64,000 bases of DNA. It comes from a virus (taxonomy: Duplodnaviria; Heunggongvirae; Uroviricota; Caudoviricetes). The notes beneath the pieces are model-generated. The model did not search any database, was not told where the DNA came from, and worked only from the letters and a program-made list of their open reading frames with translations. Positions 28,626-35,737 of this stretch are shown piece after piece (within the stretch, counting starts at the first letter, position 1; every line of letters starts with the position of its first letter). Position numbers and translations under genes: made by a program. The stretch is from IMG/VR virus record IMGVR_UViG_3300038300_000093, one strand, 5' to 3'.

Positions 28626-28762
28626 ATTCGGTACTCCGTTTCTTATTTTTATATTTTCAGCATTGTGCTGTTATCATTGATTGTTTCAATGGTACAATAT
28701 GACACCTCATAAAAATAAGTCAAGACGACTTATAACTTTTTTTTAAATAAATATATTATTAA

Positions 28763-28827
28763 TTCCCAGGTTGAATTAATTAAAAAACCGGGTATAGTAA
28801 GATTAGTAACTAAAAAGGAACAACTAA
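28763..28827 (+). promoter_or_regulatory. plus-strand (inverted) copy of the family-A stem-loop / TATAGTAAGATTAGTAA module
   Basis: CCCAGGTTGAATTAATTAAAAAACCGGG-TATAGTAAGATTAGTAACTAAAAAGGAACAACTAA-ATG. This is the only copy in the window that faces the plus strand. Confidence 0.4.
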
Positions 28828-28973
28828 ATGATCTCTATCTTATCATGCACTCTTAACCAGCAGCCTTCTCTGATTAGCTTATCTTCAATAATCTTTTTAC
28901 CAAACTCAGTTTTAAAAAAAATATCTCTAAAGATAGAAGTTTTAGACATAGGAGTTCCAGCATATACAATCAT
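28824..28973 (-). CDS. micro-protein (49 aa) with C-terminal ..EGCWLRVHDKIEII motif
   Basis: Hand-translated. ATGA overlap with the upstream micro-gene. C-terminal motif shared with ORFs 39705-39902, 40371-40583, 53575-53793, 54123-54320 and 54800-55054. Confidence 0.35.
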   Translation of the reverse strand: MIVYAGTPMSKTSIFRDIFFKTEFGKKIIEDKLIREGCWLRVHDKIEII

Positions 28974-29149
28974 GCTATCTCCTTATCATATAATCTTAGC
29001 CAACCGCCTTCTTCTATCATCTTGTCCTCACGACGAATTTCTTTGCCAAAGTCTGTTTCGTAAAGAATTCTATTGTATTCGGCATAACTCATATTAAGTG
29101 AAGTTGTTCTTAAGTACTCGCTGGAAAATTCATTAAAATTAATTATCAC
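28970..29149 (-). CDS. micro-protein (59 aa with GTG start) ending ..GGWLRLYDKEIA
   Basis: Hand-translated. GTG start at 29149-29147, preceded by AGAGGAATATCTAAAGTG, a 19-nt translation initiation region duplicated at 29357-29375. Confidence 0.35.
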   Translation of the reverse strand: MIINFNEFSSEYLRTTSLNMSYAEYNRILYETDFGKEIRREDKMIEEGGWLRLYDKEIA

Positions 29150-29195
29150 TTTAGATATTCCTCTTTGCTATACAGCCTTAGACTTCCGACTTCCT

Positions 29196-29366
29196 CTATA
29201 GTTCATCTCCTACTATCTCCCAGTATCTAGATCTATGGGGCTGAATTAATAAATGTCCATCCTCACATGATTCTTTATTTTCCCTACAATACAAACATAA
29301 TTTGTATTTACTTTCTATGAACACCTTGTAAGTCTTTAAACATAAAATACAATTCACGGTTTTCAC
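29196..29366 (-). CDS. Cys-x2-Cys zinc-ribbon micro-protein (56 aa, GTG start)
   Basis: Hand-translated: (V/M)KTVNCILCLKTYKVFIESKYKLCLYCRENKESCEDGHLLIQPHRSRYWEIVGDEL. SD-like AGAGGAA 8 nt before the GTG. GTGA overlap with the upstream gene's stop. Confidence 0.4.
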   Translation of the reverse strand: MKTVNCILCLKTYKVFIESKYKLCLYCRENKESCEDGHLLIQPHRSRYWEIVGDEL

Positions 29367-29548
29367 TTTAGATATTCCTCTCTGTCAGATACTACCAAAA
29401 CGCCTTTCTCACATTTAATCATTTTCTTGATGCAAATAAAACAATAAAGTCCTGAAAGTGAATGCTCATCGACAGGCCAATCTATATGAGAAGAAGTGAA
29501 ATAATGCATCCCACATAAATAACAAATGTCTCTCGAATCATATTTCAT
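29363..29548 (-). CDS. Cys-x2-Cys zinc-ribbon micro-protein (61 aa)
   Basis: ORF-track ORF containing CYLCGMH...CFICIKK. Start context CACGAAAGTTGATATG. Confidence 0.5.
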   Translation of the reverse strand: MKYDSRDICYLCGMHYFTSSHIDWPVDEHSLSGLYCFICIKKMIKCEKGVLVVSDREEYLK

Positions 29549-29549
29549 A

Positions 29550-29735
29550 TCAACTTTCGTGCCTTATCTTCTCACCTACTATCATTAAACCTCCTCTGCC
29601 ATGATAAAAACTATTGTATTTAATGCGAAAACAACTGTTACATAAAATCTTATCAAGTAATATTAAATGACGATCAGGTTCATAAATAACCACATCACCA
29701 GTTATACATAAACTACATTTAAAATGTTTTTCCAC
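29550..29735 (-). CDS. Cys-x2-Cys zinc-ribbon micro-protein (61 aa, GTG start)
   Basis: ORF-track ORF containing CSLC...CNSC. The start codon at 29735-29733 is GTG, lying inside the conserved CACGAAAGTG motif. Confidence 0.45.
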   Translation of the reverse strand: MEKHFKCSLCITGDVVIYEPDRHLILLDKILCNSCFRIKYNSFYHGRGGLMIVGEKIRHES

Positions 29736-29898
29736 TTTCGTGCCTTATCTTCTTAGAGATATATAAATAACCATTATATGCAAAAGAAGATCTGTACTTT
29801 AGATAGTGACAACTTTGACACAAATCTTCAAACCCAACATGTTGAGAATCGCAAAGATTACACTCGACTTTTATGTTATAACTACTCCCACAATCCAT
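29719..29898 (-). CDS. Cys-x2-Cys zinc-ribbon micro-protein (59 aa), not in the ORF track
   Basis: Hand-translated: MDCGSSYNIKVECNLCDSQHVGFEDLCQSCHYLKYRSSFAYNGYLYISKKIRHESGKTF. Start context CACGAAAGTTGATATG. Confidence 0.4.
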   Translation of the reverse strand: MDCGSSYNIKVECNLCDSQHVGFEDLCQSCHYLKYRSSFAYNGYLYISKKIRHESGKTF

Positions 29899-29899
29899 A

Positions 29900-30070
29900 T
29901 CAACTTTCGTGCCTTATCTTTTTAGAAATGAATAAACTGCCATCCATGCTATACTTCTTACTAAGTTTAAAACAATCAAAACAGAAACTACCACTACAAA
30001 CAATACTACTGTTTGAAAAAAATACAGTTGCATAATCGCGATTACAAAAAGTACATTGATAAGAATGCAT
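29900..30070 (-). CDS. Cys-x2-Cys zinc-ribbon micro-protein (56 aa), not in the ORF track
   Basis: Hand-translated: MHSYQCTFCNRDYATVFFSNSSIVCSGSFCFDCFKLSKKYSMDGSLFISKKIRHES. TGATATG overlap with the next gene. Confidence 0.4.
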   Translation of the reverse strand: MHSYQCTFCNRDYATVFFSNSSIVCSGSFCFDCFKLSKKYSMDGSLFISKKIRHES

Positions 30071-30100
30071 ATTAACTTTCGTGCCTTATCTTATAGAAAT

Positions 30101-30355
30101 TCAACATCTGTACTTTGTATCATTACCAGAAGGAGGAATCTTATTAAACTTAGGAAGTTCAGGCTTACCAGTATGAGCATCGTTCAACTCTTCAAGTGTA
30201 GCAGTTGTCTGCTTCTCTCGTAAAGGATCTATCTCATGTACAAATGTTAAATTTAAATGATTCTTAACTATCTTTACTTGCTCGTCTGTCATTTCATCAG
30301 ATCCAGAGATCTCAAAAAAACCCTGTAACCAAAAACAAAAATCTATACTATTCAT
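30101..30355 (-). CDS. hypothetical protein (84 aa)
   Basis: ORF-track ORF. Confidence 0.5.
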   Translation of the reverse strand: MNSIDFCFWLQGFFEISGSDEMTDEQVKIVKNHLNLTFVHEIDPLREKQTTATLEELNDAHTGKPELPKFNKIPPSGNDTKYRC

Positions 30356-30356
30356 A

Positions 30357-30509
30357 TTACTTCCTCACCATTCTAGTCTTATTACAATCTGGACAAACAA
30401 ACATATAAGGAATTGGCTCCTTCTTATCTGTAAAGAATCCTATCCTATACATAAGTGTACAAGGAGGCGCTGGTGGACATTTATGTTTCTTCTTTTTCTT
30501 CTTTCCCAA
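30357..30509 (-). CDS. small basic zinc-ribbon protein (about 50 aa, TTG start), copy 1 of a duplicated gene
   Basis: Hand-translated: (L/M)GKKKKKKHKCPPAPPCTLMYRIGFFTDKKEPIPYMFVCPDCNKTRMVRK. Canonical SD AAGGAG 9 nt upstream of TTG. A second copy about 90% identical at the nucleotide level lies at 52960-53112. Confidence 0.45.
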   Translation of the reverse strand: MGKKKKKKHKCPPAPPCTLMYRIGFFTDKKEPIPYMFVCPDCNKTRMVRK

Positions 30510-30685
30510 CTCTCTTCTCCTTCATTTAAAAATTCATTAAACATTACAAGAATGATTGGCATTCCGGGTCTCCGCAGATAACTATAATATTTATTAAATC
30601 TTTCACATCCATTTATACCGTTAAATTATCTTAGATATATAATATAAAACAAGATTATAATTTTGCAAGACGATTCTTTAATTTT

Positions 30686-31260
30686 TATCTCTCGTGCTCA
30701 AATGGTCTACTTTTCCCATATAGAGAAAGACAAAATTCTTTTACAGTTCCCTTGTCTGCCAGATTCATCTGACAGACGTCTTTAATATACACGCCCAAAC
30801 CAACTTGTCAAGCCCCAAATCATTCACAACATGTAAAAACTTACACACTAATATATCTAATCAATCACTCTGGGTAATCTTTTACTCATTAACTTCTCCC
30901 CGACTGGGATCTTTCGGTCTTTCCCTATATGCCAGAATAACACTTTTCGTGCTTGAGGAGTCTACTTTTCCCATATAGAAGAAGACAACAATCCCCCAAC
31001 AGGGAAACAATCATTATTTACTTTCGTGTCTTATCTTATCCTATATAACAATAATAACACTTTTTGTGCTTGAGAGGTCTTCTTTTCCCATATAGAGAAA
31101 GACAAAATTTACTTTCGTGTCTTAACTTCTGGTAGATCCATCTGACAGAATGACCTGAACGGGTTCTTTTTATATCTCTCAGGGCTTTCTGACAAAAAAA
31201 GAAATTTTAAACTTTCGTGCTCAAATGGTCTACTTTTACCATATAGAAGAAGACAAAAAT
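30686..31260. repeat. four dispersed copies of a ~47-bp element CTTTCGTGCT(CAAATG/TGAGGA)GTCTACTTTTCCCATATAGARAAGACAAAA
   Basis: Copies at about 30686-30740, 30943-30998, 31062-31112 and 31205-31258. Each carries an imperfect inverted repeat around TATATGGG. Interspersed are TCTGACAG boxes (30770, 31140, 31188, 31375, 31425) and family-B motifs. Confidence 0.6.
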
Positions 31261-31516
31261 AACTTAATGAATATTATTCTGTACATTCCTCTGGGTTGAT
31301 GGCTAATATTCTGTACAATAGTTGCACAAACATCTATTCATTGGGTTATATCTGGGTTAAAAGATGCACAAGCATCTGACAAATCTACTTTTTTTTGAAA
31401 ATCCTTTTTTCAAATCTGACAGAATTTTTAATTTCTGGGACATTTGTCAGTCTTTTTTGTGTTTTTTTGCTATTTTTTGCTATTTATCACTGTTATTTGA
31501 CCCGTATTTCTAATTC

Positions 31517-31603
31517 AAAAACATTTCACGCCCTCTACACTAATATCTATTTGAGGTTAAATTTAATTAACATCAAACATTTCACGCCCTCTACACTAAT
31601 ATA
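31517..31603. repeat. 28-bp direct repeat AACATTTCACGCCCTCTACACTAATAT, two copies 55 bp apart
   Basis: Exact duplication at 31517-31547 and 31572-31603, in non-coding DNA. Confidence 0.6.
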
Positions 31604-31897
31604 GTAATATGTTATATATTAATTATTAAATCTATATCCCAGAGAGCCTTTTGGGGCATCTGTGCTGTATTTAGACAATTAAAACGTTATGGAGGTCATA
31701 TTATGCCTTACTCGCTCTCTAAGGAGCTTAATTGGCATATTAATTTCAACTAGTTTTAAGTAAAGCGTTTTAAAGATTGCAATATGATTACTATGTTACT
31801 ACTATACCTACATATATACTCTTGGTAGTCTATATAGGTATATGTATTATATGTTCTACTGTATATATCTATTCTAGTATATGCTTTTTGTATTTAT

Positions 31898-31974
31898 CTA
31901 TTTTTTTGTACTTGTAGTGTTTACTCATATTTTTTCTTGTATCTTATAATTTGCACTTGTAGTCTTTACTTATC
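31898..31974. repeat. AT-rich direct repeats GYACTTGTAGTSTTTACTYATNTTTTTTCTTG, two copies
   Basis: 31898-31929 and 31942-31974, inside a >200-bp AT-rich tract (31780-31990) with no ORF. Confidence 0.5.
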
Positions 31975-31992
31975 TTTTTTCTTGGATTGTAT

Positions 31993-32232
31993 TTATTGTT
32001 TCCATTTTCCTAGGAAGTAATTCAGATTCATTCCTGAGCCATAGCCAATTTTCTCATCTATTAATTTTTCAAAATTTAAGCTGAAATTCTCGTCATAAAT
32101 AAATAGGCAGCCTTTAAATTCTTCCTTGTATTTTCTAGGAACTATGCTACTACTATACAGGTTAAATTCTATTGGGAATATATTGTCGAATACTTTCCTG
32201 TGATCTTCTTCTTTTATATTCTTATATTTCAT
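31993..32232 (-). CDS. KGCLFVYDD-family paralog (79 aa)
   Basis: Contains FKGCLFIYDENF; first member of the tandem array. Confidence 0.6.
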   Translation of the reverse strand: MKYKNIKEEDHRKVFDNIFPIEFNLYSSSIVPRKYKEEFKGCLFIYDENFSLNFEKLIDEKIGYGSGMNLNYFLGKWKQ

Positions 32233-32324
32233 TGCTTAGAGGGTCTTCTATTATTTAAAGTTTTACAGAATAAATTAAAGCCCCATTCTCTGAGAAAGTC
32301 ATCCAGATCTATTCCGGTATTCTT

Positions 32325-32500
32325 TTGAACTTTTTCCTGTCCTGTCCTGTCCGGCTCTTGTGGCTCTTGCTCTGTCTTGTCCTCTTGTGGCTCTTGCCTT
32401 GCTTTATTCTGTCCGGCTCTTGTGGCTCTTGCTCTTGTCCGGCTTTGCCTTGCTTTGCTCTTGTCCTCTTGTGGCTCTTGCTCTGTCCTGCCCTGCTCTG
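32325..32500. repeat. GC-rich minisatellite (CTCTTGTGGCTCTTGC / TGTCCGGCT units)
   Basis: At least 7 tandem units. Encodes the low-complexity tail of ORF 32404-32655. The same CCGGCTCTTG unit occurs at 19085-19125 inside ORF 18676-19182. Confidence 0.6.
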
Positions 32501-32655
32501 TCTAGTATTTTTTCAAATCTTGAGCTGAAATTATCGTCGTAAACAAATAGGCATCCTTTATATTCTTCCTTGAATCTAACTGGGCAGAATCCTATTGGGA
32601 ATATATTGTCTAAGACCTTATCGTGATCTTTAATATCTATATGCTTATCATTCAT
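32404..32655 (-). CDS. KGCLFVYDD-family paralog with a low-complexity tail (83 aa)
   Basis: Contains YKGCLFVYDDNF. The C-terminus is encoded by the GC-rich repeat at 32325-32500. Confidence 0.55.
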   Translation of the reverse strand: MNDKHIDIKDHDKVLDNIFPIGFCPVRFKEEYKGCLFVYDDNFSSRFEKILDRAGQDRARATRGQEQSKAKPDKSKSHKSRTE

Positions 32656-32658
32656 TAT

Positions 32659-32946
32659 TTAAAGTCTCTTAGACATTCCATTCTGGCTTGTGGTTGAGAG
32701 TAGTCTTGGAGTTCTTCCTTGTAGGTTTACCCTATTCCATTCTCTTAGGAAGTATTCCAATGTTAATCCTGAACTATAGCCTATTTTCTCATCCATTAAA
32801 TCTTCAAACTTTAAGATGAATTCCTCATCGTATACAAATAGGCAGCCTTCGTATTCTTCCTTGTATTTAATCGGGTGGAATCCTACTGGAAATATGTTCT
32901 CTACTACCTTCTTGTGATCTTCTTCTTCTATTACTTTATAGTTCAT
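32659..32946 (-). CDS. KGCLFVYDD-family paralog (95 aa)
   Basis: Contains YEGCLFVYDEEF. Confidence 0.6.
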   Translation of the reverse strand: MNYKVIEEEDHKKVVENIFPVGFHPIKYKEEYEGCLFVYDEEFILKFEDLMDEKIGYSSGLTLEYFLREWNRVNLQGRTPRLLSTTSQNGMSKRL

Positions 32947-33135
32947 TTACTGCAATCTTGCAAAGAGGGCTGATTTACAAATTTCTTTCCTGAACTCTTC
33001 ATCGTAAATAAATAGACATCCTTCGTATTCAGCATTATACGGCCATCGCCTTGACAGCCTTGACCTATACTCCTCCTTATAGAAATTGTTTCTTGCCTTC
33101 TTATAGTCTTCTTTCTCTATTACTTTATAGTTCAT
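32947..33135 (-). CDS. KGCLFVYDD-family paralog (62 aa)
   Basis: Contains YEGCLFIYDEEF. TAAATG junction with the next gene. Confidence 0.55.
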   Translation of the reverse strand: MNYKVIEKEDYKKARNNFYKEEYRSRLSRRWPYNAEYEGCLFIYDEEFRKEICKSALFARLQ

Positions 33136-33329
33136 TATTTATTCCATTCTTTGTCATTCCATTCTTTGAGGAAACATTCCAAATTATCAAAGCTTGAGCA
33201 GAACTTATCATCATATATAAATAGGCATCCTTTAAATTCTTCTTTACATTTTCTTGGGTTGAATACTAATGGGAATACGTTGTTGAATGCTTTCTTATAG
33301 TCTTCTTCTTTTATATGCTTATCATTCAT
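33135..33329 (-). CDS. KGCLFVYDD-family paralog (64 aa)
   Basis: Contains FKGCLFIYDDKF. Confidence 0.55.
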   Translation of the reverse strand: MNDKHIKEEDYKKAFNNVFPLVFNPRKCKEEFKGCLFIYDDKFCSSFDNLECFLKEWNDKEWNK

Positions 33330-33332
33330 TAT

Positions 33333-33533
33333 TTAAAGCTTCCAATGAAAATGGACTTTTCCAACTTCTTCCTTGAAAAGATCATCATATACAAATAGGC
33401 ATCCTTGGAAGTTATCACCAATAATTCTTTTATGCAATATCGCTCTCTCCAACCGTTTATTTCTGATTCTCTCTCTTATAAAGTTTTCCGTTGTCTTCTG
33501 ATAGTCTTCAATGTCTATATGTTTATAGTTCAT
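33333..33533 (-). CDS. KGCLFVYDD-family paralog (66 aa)
   Basis: Contains FQGCLFVYDDLF. Confidence 0.55.
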   Translation of the reverse strand: MNYKHIDIEDYQKTTENFIRERIRNKRLERAILHKRIIGDNFQGCLFVYDDLFKEEVGKVHFHWKL

Positions 33534-33718
33534 TACAATCGCCAGTGTGGAAATTGCATTTCAAAGCTTTCCTTGAAGAGATCATCATATACAAATAGGC
33601 ATCCTTTATATTCATCACTATATAAGTTAACTGTTACAGAGTCTTTTCTACATCTCTCAGTGTGGAAATTGTACATTGTCTTCTGATGGTATTTCTCATC
33701 TATATTCTTATAATTCAT
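33533..33718 (-). CDS. KGCLFVYDD-family paralog (61 aa)
   Basis: Contains YKGCLFVYDDLF. Confidence 0.55.
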   Translation of the reverse strand: MNYKNIDEKYHQKTMYNFHTERCRKDSVTVNLYSDEYKGCLFVYDDLFKESFEMQFPHWRL

Positions 33719-33721
33719 TAT

Positions 33722-33946
33722 TCACTTCTGCAGTCTAAGATTTAGGTATTCAAGGTCATGAAATTTGTCAAATTTTTCCTTAAATTTGTCATCATATACA
33801 AATAGACATCCTTTATATTCTTCACTATATAGAAGTGGAGTTCCTCTAAACTGTATTCTACGAATCTCTTCCCTGAAATTTTGTCTTGCCTTCGAATAGT
33901 CTTCAATGTCTATATGTTTATAGTTCATTAGCCAATACAGCTCCAC
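33722..33946 (-). CDS. KGCLFVYDD-family paralog (74 aa)
   Basis: Contains YKGCLFVYDDKF. Confidence 0.55.
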   Translation of the reverse strand: MELYWLMNYKHIDIEDYSKARQNFREEIRRIQFRGTPLLYSEEYKGCLFVYDDKFKEKFDKFHDLEYLNLRLQK

Positions 33947-34251
33947 ATAAGGCTTATAATATAATCCACTCTTTTATGGACTTCTGCCATTGATGGTTGA
34001 TCTATAACTACTCCAAAGAAAATCCCACCATATGACTCAGAACCATCTGGGTTTATTCCAAGTTCAATAGAACCAAATCCCTTATGTCCATTCACAGTGA
34101 AATAGTAAGATCGCTCACAGTCACATTCAGTATCACAGTCACAATACTCTGCATGACAAGCAACATTACTATCTTTATAGTTTTTAACCATCATTCTCAT
34201 TTCTCTTTTATCGCATACATATAAGAATACTTGACTTTGATAGCTTGTCAA
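33928..34251 (-). CDS. Cys-rich hypothetical protein (107 aa)
   Basis: ORF-track ORF containing CHAEYCDCDTECDC. Confidence 0.5.
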   Translation of the reverse strand: MTSYQSQVFLYVCDKREMRMMVKNYKDSNVACHAEYCDCDTECDCERSYYFTVNGHKGFGSIELGINPDGSESYGGIFFGVVIDQPSMAEVHKRVDYIISLMWSCIG

Positions 34252-34374
34252 GCTTTTTATCGTTTAAATTCTTTTTTATGTGTTGTCTAATCGTTAAGCC
34301 ATTTAACTTCTTTTTCTTATAATCATATCCTATTATCTTGTAATAATCCATCAATATATATTAAGTGCTCCATG

Positions 34375-34560
34375 CTATCTCTCATCATTACAATGAACAG
34401 GTTGAATTGCAGTTGAATATCTGTCCCAATTCAAGTTTATCCCTAAACCAGCTTCAACTTTTTCTGCCATTCGGAGAGACTTATTTGGTTCACCAATCTT
34501 CTCAACCTTTCCGGTCTCATCACATATAACTACAACTTGATGTCTCATTTCTGTACTCAT
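34375..34560 (-). CDS. hypothetical protein (61 aa)
   Basis: ORF-track ORF; preceded by a degenerate family-A module at 34561-34625. Confidence 0.5.
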   Translation of the reverse strand: MSTEMRHQVVVICDETGKVEKIGEPNKSLRMAEKVEAGLGINLNWDRYSTAIQPVHCNDER

Positions 34561-34643
34561 TTATTTGTCCTTTTGTTTTAATCTTACTATAAAGGATTAA
34601 TTGGACTTTTCAAGCCCTTCTGGTAAGAAAACATACTCTATAC

Positions 34644-35045
34644 TTATTTCACATAATATTGCGGGTAATCAGAAAAAATATAACTCATGCTTTGATGATC
34701 TTCCATTAGTTTATCATCAAATACGAACAGGCAGCCTTTGAATTTACTATTATCCATTATACCTGTTCTATAATTGTCCATTGCTACCTCTTGATTCTTC
34801 TTATCTATTATTTTACACTCTAAGCCGGATTCCAAAGTCATTTGTACCATTTGTGCCATCTTGCAATCCCAGCCTATACCACTCTTTTCTTTTTGAAATT
34901 CTCTAAGGAAGTTATCATCATATATAAATAGACAGCCTTTATGCTTATTCATCTTTAACTGTAAGTGATAATTTGCCAATGCTTCATCATAGCTTTCTAC
35001 TATCTTATTTTTTATTTTCAACATCATTAATTCTCCATAGTTCAC
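34644..35045 (-). CDS. fused tandem duplication of the KGCLFVYDD family (133 aa)
   Basis: Two motif copies in one ORF: HKGCLFIYDDNF and FKGCLFVFDDKL. Confidence 0.55.
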   Translation of the reverse strand: MNYGELMMLKIKNKIVESYDEALANYHLQLKMNKHKGCLFIYDDNFLREFQKEKSGIGWDCKMAQMVQMTLESGLECKIIDKKNQEVAMDNYRTGIMDNSKFKGCLFVFDDKLMEDHQSMSYIFSDYPQYYVK

Positions 35046-35119
35046 TTTCGTCTTTTTTGTGTTATAAGTCTTTATAAATTAAACCTTTACATGTATGAAA
35101 TGTCACTAACTCTTCGCTT

Positions 35120-35347
35120 TCATTCCTTAGCCTTTTTATTTAGTAGTATCTCTGATAGTACGGCCTCACAGTCAGTGCAATAATCATATGCTTCATTAAA
35201 TTTTTTTGCGCCAACCCCTTTAACACCTTCGAGTTCACTGAATAACCACATACACTTACGCAAAAGTGGCAATAATTCATCTTTAACTTTCTTTTTTTCT
35301 GATGATGTCATTTCTCTAACTCCTTTTCTTACTTGACTCTCGTACAA
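35120..35347 (-). CDS. hypothetical protein (75 aa)
   Basis: ORF-track ORF. Confidence 0.5.
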   Translation of the reverse strand: MYESQVRKGVREMTSSEKKKVKDELLPLLRKCMWLFSELEGVKGVGAKKFNEAYDYCTDCEAVLSEILLNKKAKE

Positions 35348-35673
35348 TCTCTACTTTCATACGACTGTACCCACATCAATATATCTTCTGTTCTGTCATT
35401 CTTTATACTTCTCTCTAAGCATCTTCTTGCGAATGGATTTAGATGTGCTAATGCCAAGCTTACTCTTTCTTGTGAACATGGTAATTCTACTTTTACAGCT
35501 TGGTTTCCTTTATCCTCTTCGCTCTCTCTTGTCTTATATTTATAAGTAGAAACTACTTTAGGATACATGGCAGATAAGTTAGCACTAAACTCTTTCATTT
35601 TACTAAAGTCATCAAACTCTAATGTAGCCTTTGATATTCCAGAAAGGACTTTAAATTCCCAGTACGTAATCAT
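35329..35673 (-). CDS. hypothetical protein (114 aa)
   Basis: ORF-track ORF. Confidence 0.5.
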   Translation of the reverse strand: MITYWEFKVLSGISKATLEFDDFSKMKEFSANLSAMYPKVVSTYKYKTRESEEDKGNQAVKVELPCSQERVSLALAHLNPFARRCLERSIKNDRTEDILMWVQSYESRDCTRVK

Positions 35674-35737
35674 TGTTTAATTCCTCTTAATAACTTTTCT
35701 ATTTCTTCATGAGCCATTGCCATTCTCTATCCTTCTG

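Noticed and set aside
28680-28700. Extended -10-like TGGTACAAT on the plus strand
   Set aside because: No acceptable -35 at 16-18 nt and no plus-strand gene downstream; probably chance in AT-rich DNA.
28828-29097. Plus-strand ORF (89 aa) downstream of the inverted promoter module
   Set aside because: The translation has low-complexity, non-protein-like composition, while the opposite strand encodes two micro-proteins sharing the conserved C-terminal tail family. Judged to be antisense noise; the upstream plus-strand module is kept as a finding.
29778-30035. Plus-strand ORF (85 aa)
   Set aside because: Lies antisense to two minus-strand Cys-x2-Cys micro-genes (29719-29898, 29900-30070) that have conserved start contexts.
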